Source: Vicinamibacteria bacterium
GTDB taxonomy: Bacteria > Acidobacteriota > Vicinamibacteria > Fen-336 > JAGNNV01
NCBI GenBank assembly: GCA_031362685.1
Contig: JANLSZ010000129.1
Coordinates: 44,191 to 108,190, forward strand
Length of the DNA: 64,000 bases
Reading direction: 5' to 3'
The first letter of the stretch is position 1. Every line of letters begins with the position of its first letter. This document shows positions 62,470 to 64,000 of this stretch, in pieces. The notes beneath the pieces are model-generated. The model did not search any database. It was not told the origin of the DNA and saw nothing but the letters and a program-made list of their open reading frames with translations. A program made the translations under genes and the position numbers.

Positions 62470-64000
62470 ATGGGCTGGCTGAGGTCTCTGACCACGACCA
62501 AATCGATCGAACAGTTGACCGCCGAAGCCTCGTCGTCCGGCGGTCACTCGCTGAAGCGCGTGCTCGGCCCCTCACAGCTCGTCATGCTGGGGATCGGCGA
62601 CATCATCGGCGCCGGCATCTTCGTGCTGGCCGGCCTGGCCGCCGCGCAGTATGCCGGGCCGGCGATCGTGCTGTCTTTCGTCCTCGCCGCGGTGGCCTGC
62701 AGTTTCGCGGCGCTGTGCTACGCCGAATTCGCGGCCATGCTGCCGGTGTCGGGCTCGGCCTACACCTACGCCTATGCGACCCTCGGCGAACTGGCCGCAT
62801 GGATCATCGGCTGCGCCCTCACCCTCGAATTCACGGTCGGCCCCGCCGCAGTGGCGGTGGGCTGGTCCGGGTACGTCGCGAGTCTCCTCCGCGACTTCGG
62901 CGTGACCGTGCCCCCGGCGTGGACCGCGCCGCCCGGCACTGTGCTGGTCGAGACCTCGCCACGCCATTGGGAAGTCCTGTCCAATGTCGCCGACCGGCTG
63001 GCCGCGCAAGGCATCGATCCCTCGAGCCTCGCCCACGCGACCGGGATCGCCAACCTCCTGGCCGTCCTCATCGTTGTGGTCATGGCGGCGGTCCTGGTGG
63101 TCGGCATTCAGGAGTCGGCCCACGTCAACGCGGCCATCGTAGTCATCAAGGTGTCGGTGATCGTCGTCTTCATCGGCGTCGGCTTCGCGTTCGTTCGGCC
63201 GGAGAACTGGACGCCGTTCATCCCCGCGAACACCGGCGAGTTCGGCCACTTCGGCTACTCCGGCATTGTGCGGGGCGCGGCGGTCGTCTTCTTCGCCTAC
63301 ATGGGCTTCGACTCGGTGACCGCAGCCGCCCAGGAAGCGAAGAATCCGCAACGGGACCTGCCCATCGGAATTCTCGGCTCGCTTATCGGCTGCACCGTCC
63401 TGTACATCCTCGTCGCGATCGTTCTGACCGGCCTCGTGCCCTACACCGAGTTGAACGTGCCCGACCCCATCGCCGTCGGGGTGGACGCCACCGGGATCGC
63501 GTGGCTGTCCCCCCTCATCAAACTGGGTGCGATCTGCGGCCTGAGCTCGGTGGTGCTGGTGGGCATGCTGGCGCAATCGCGGATCTTCTACACCATGGCG
63601 AACGATGGCCTCCTGCCCCCGTGGGTGGCGCGCATCCATCCCCGCTTCCGCACGCCGCACCTCACCACGATGGCGACGGGCCTGGTCATGGCGGTGATCG
63701 CGGGGACGACACCCATCGCGGTGCTGGGCGAGCTCGTGAGCATGGGCACCCTGCTCACGTTCGTCATCGTGTGCGCTGGTGTGATCATTCTGCGGAAGAC
63801 GCAACCGGACCTGGCGCGTCCGTTCCGCACGCCGTGGTCGCCGGTGGTGCCGCTGCTCGGGGTGGCGACGTGCGCGTATCTGATGTCCGGCCTGCCCGGC
63901 GACACGTGGTGGCGCCTGCTGCTCTGGATGGGGGCGGGACTCGTCGTCTATTTCGCCTACAGCCGCCGTCACAGCAAGGCGCAGCACGCGAGGGCCGCAT
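62470..64000 (+). CDS. APC-superfamily cationic amino acid transporter (CAT/YfnA-like), 3' end beyond the window
   Basis: Not in the ORF track because there is no stop inside the window. My translation from the ATG at 62470 gives MGWLRSLTTTKSIEQLTAEASSSGGHSLKRVLGPSQLVMLGIGDIIGAGIFVLAGLAAAQYAGPAIVLSFVLAAVACSFAALCYAEFAAMLPVSGSAYTYAY..., the typical CAT signature. The frame stays open to 64000. Confidence 0.8.
   Translation, partial: MGWLRSLTTTKSIEQLTAEASSSGGHSLKRVLGPSQLVMLGIGDIIGAGIFVLAGLAAAQYAGPAIVLSFVLAAVACSFAALCYAEFAAMLPVSGSAYTYAYATLGELAAWIIGCALTLEFTVGPAAVAVGWSGYVASLLRDFGVTVPPAWTAPPGTVLVETSPRHWEVLSNVADRLAAQGIDPSSLAHATGIANLLAVLIVVVMAAVLVVGIQESAHVNAAIVVIKVSVIVVFIGVGFAFVRPENWTPFIPANTGEFGHFGYSGIVRGAAVVFFAYMGFDSVTAAAQEAKNPQRDLPIGILGSLIGCTVLYILVAIVLTGLVPYTELNVPDPIAVGVDATGIAWLSPLIKLGAICGLSSVVLVGMLAQSRIFYTMANDGLLPPWVARIHPRFRTPHLTTMATGLVMAVIAGTTPIAVLGELVSMGTLLTFVIVCAGVIILRKTQPDLARPFRTPWSPVVPLLGVATCAYLMSGLPGDTWWRLLLWMGAGLVVYFAYSRRHSKAQHARAA

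Overview
High-GC bacterial chromosomal window. The exported hydrolases, TPR-linked Ser/Thr kinase and PQQ-like propellers suggest Acidobacteriota or a related soil lineage, but that is inference only. Gene calls come from reading the supplied ORF translations for family motifs and checking start and stop contexts in the nucleotide sequence; no database search was possible. About 58 protein genes and 2 tRNAs are supportable. Most of the window is housekeeping or periplasmic nutrient scavenging:
- Central and biosynthetic genes: hisG-hisZ, class 3 fbp, tkt-rpiB, apt, argH, ggt, sppA, qor.
- Transport: a NitT/TauT-type ABC transporter and three APC amino-acid permeases.
- Hydrolases and redox enzymes: two Amidohydro_3 enzymes, two sulfatase genes, two SDRs, a Rieske oxygenase, and M42 and MBL hydrolases.

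No CRISPR array, rRNA, transposase or intact integrase was seen. Many long ORFs in the track are antisense or out-of-frame artefacts typical of GC-rich DNA.

The most interesting locus is the tightly coupled four-gene operon at 19-4187. It encodes an unknown coiled-coil protein, a PspA/IM30 (ESCRT-III superfamily) protein, a membrane-anchored helical protein, and a classical-clade AAA+ ATPase with a degenerate N-terminal AAA-like domain. I interpret it as a candidate bacterial PspA-remodelling module analogous to ESCRT-III/Vps4.

Other points worth a second look:
- a tandem sulfatase with a dead N-terminal domain;
- an ArgH carrying a signal-peptide-like extension;
- an ABC substrate-binding protein fused to an OmpA-like domain;
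- a 3 x 16 bp anti-SD-like tandem repeat in the tkt leader;
- a 19-nt AT-rich motif repeated upstream of two transcription units;
- a 5'-nucleotidase gene remnant.
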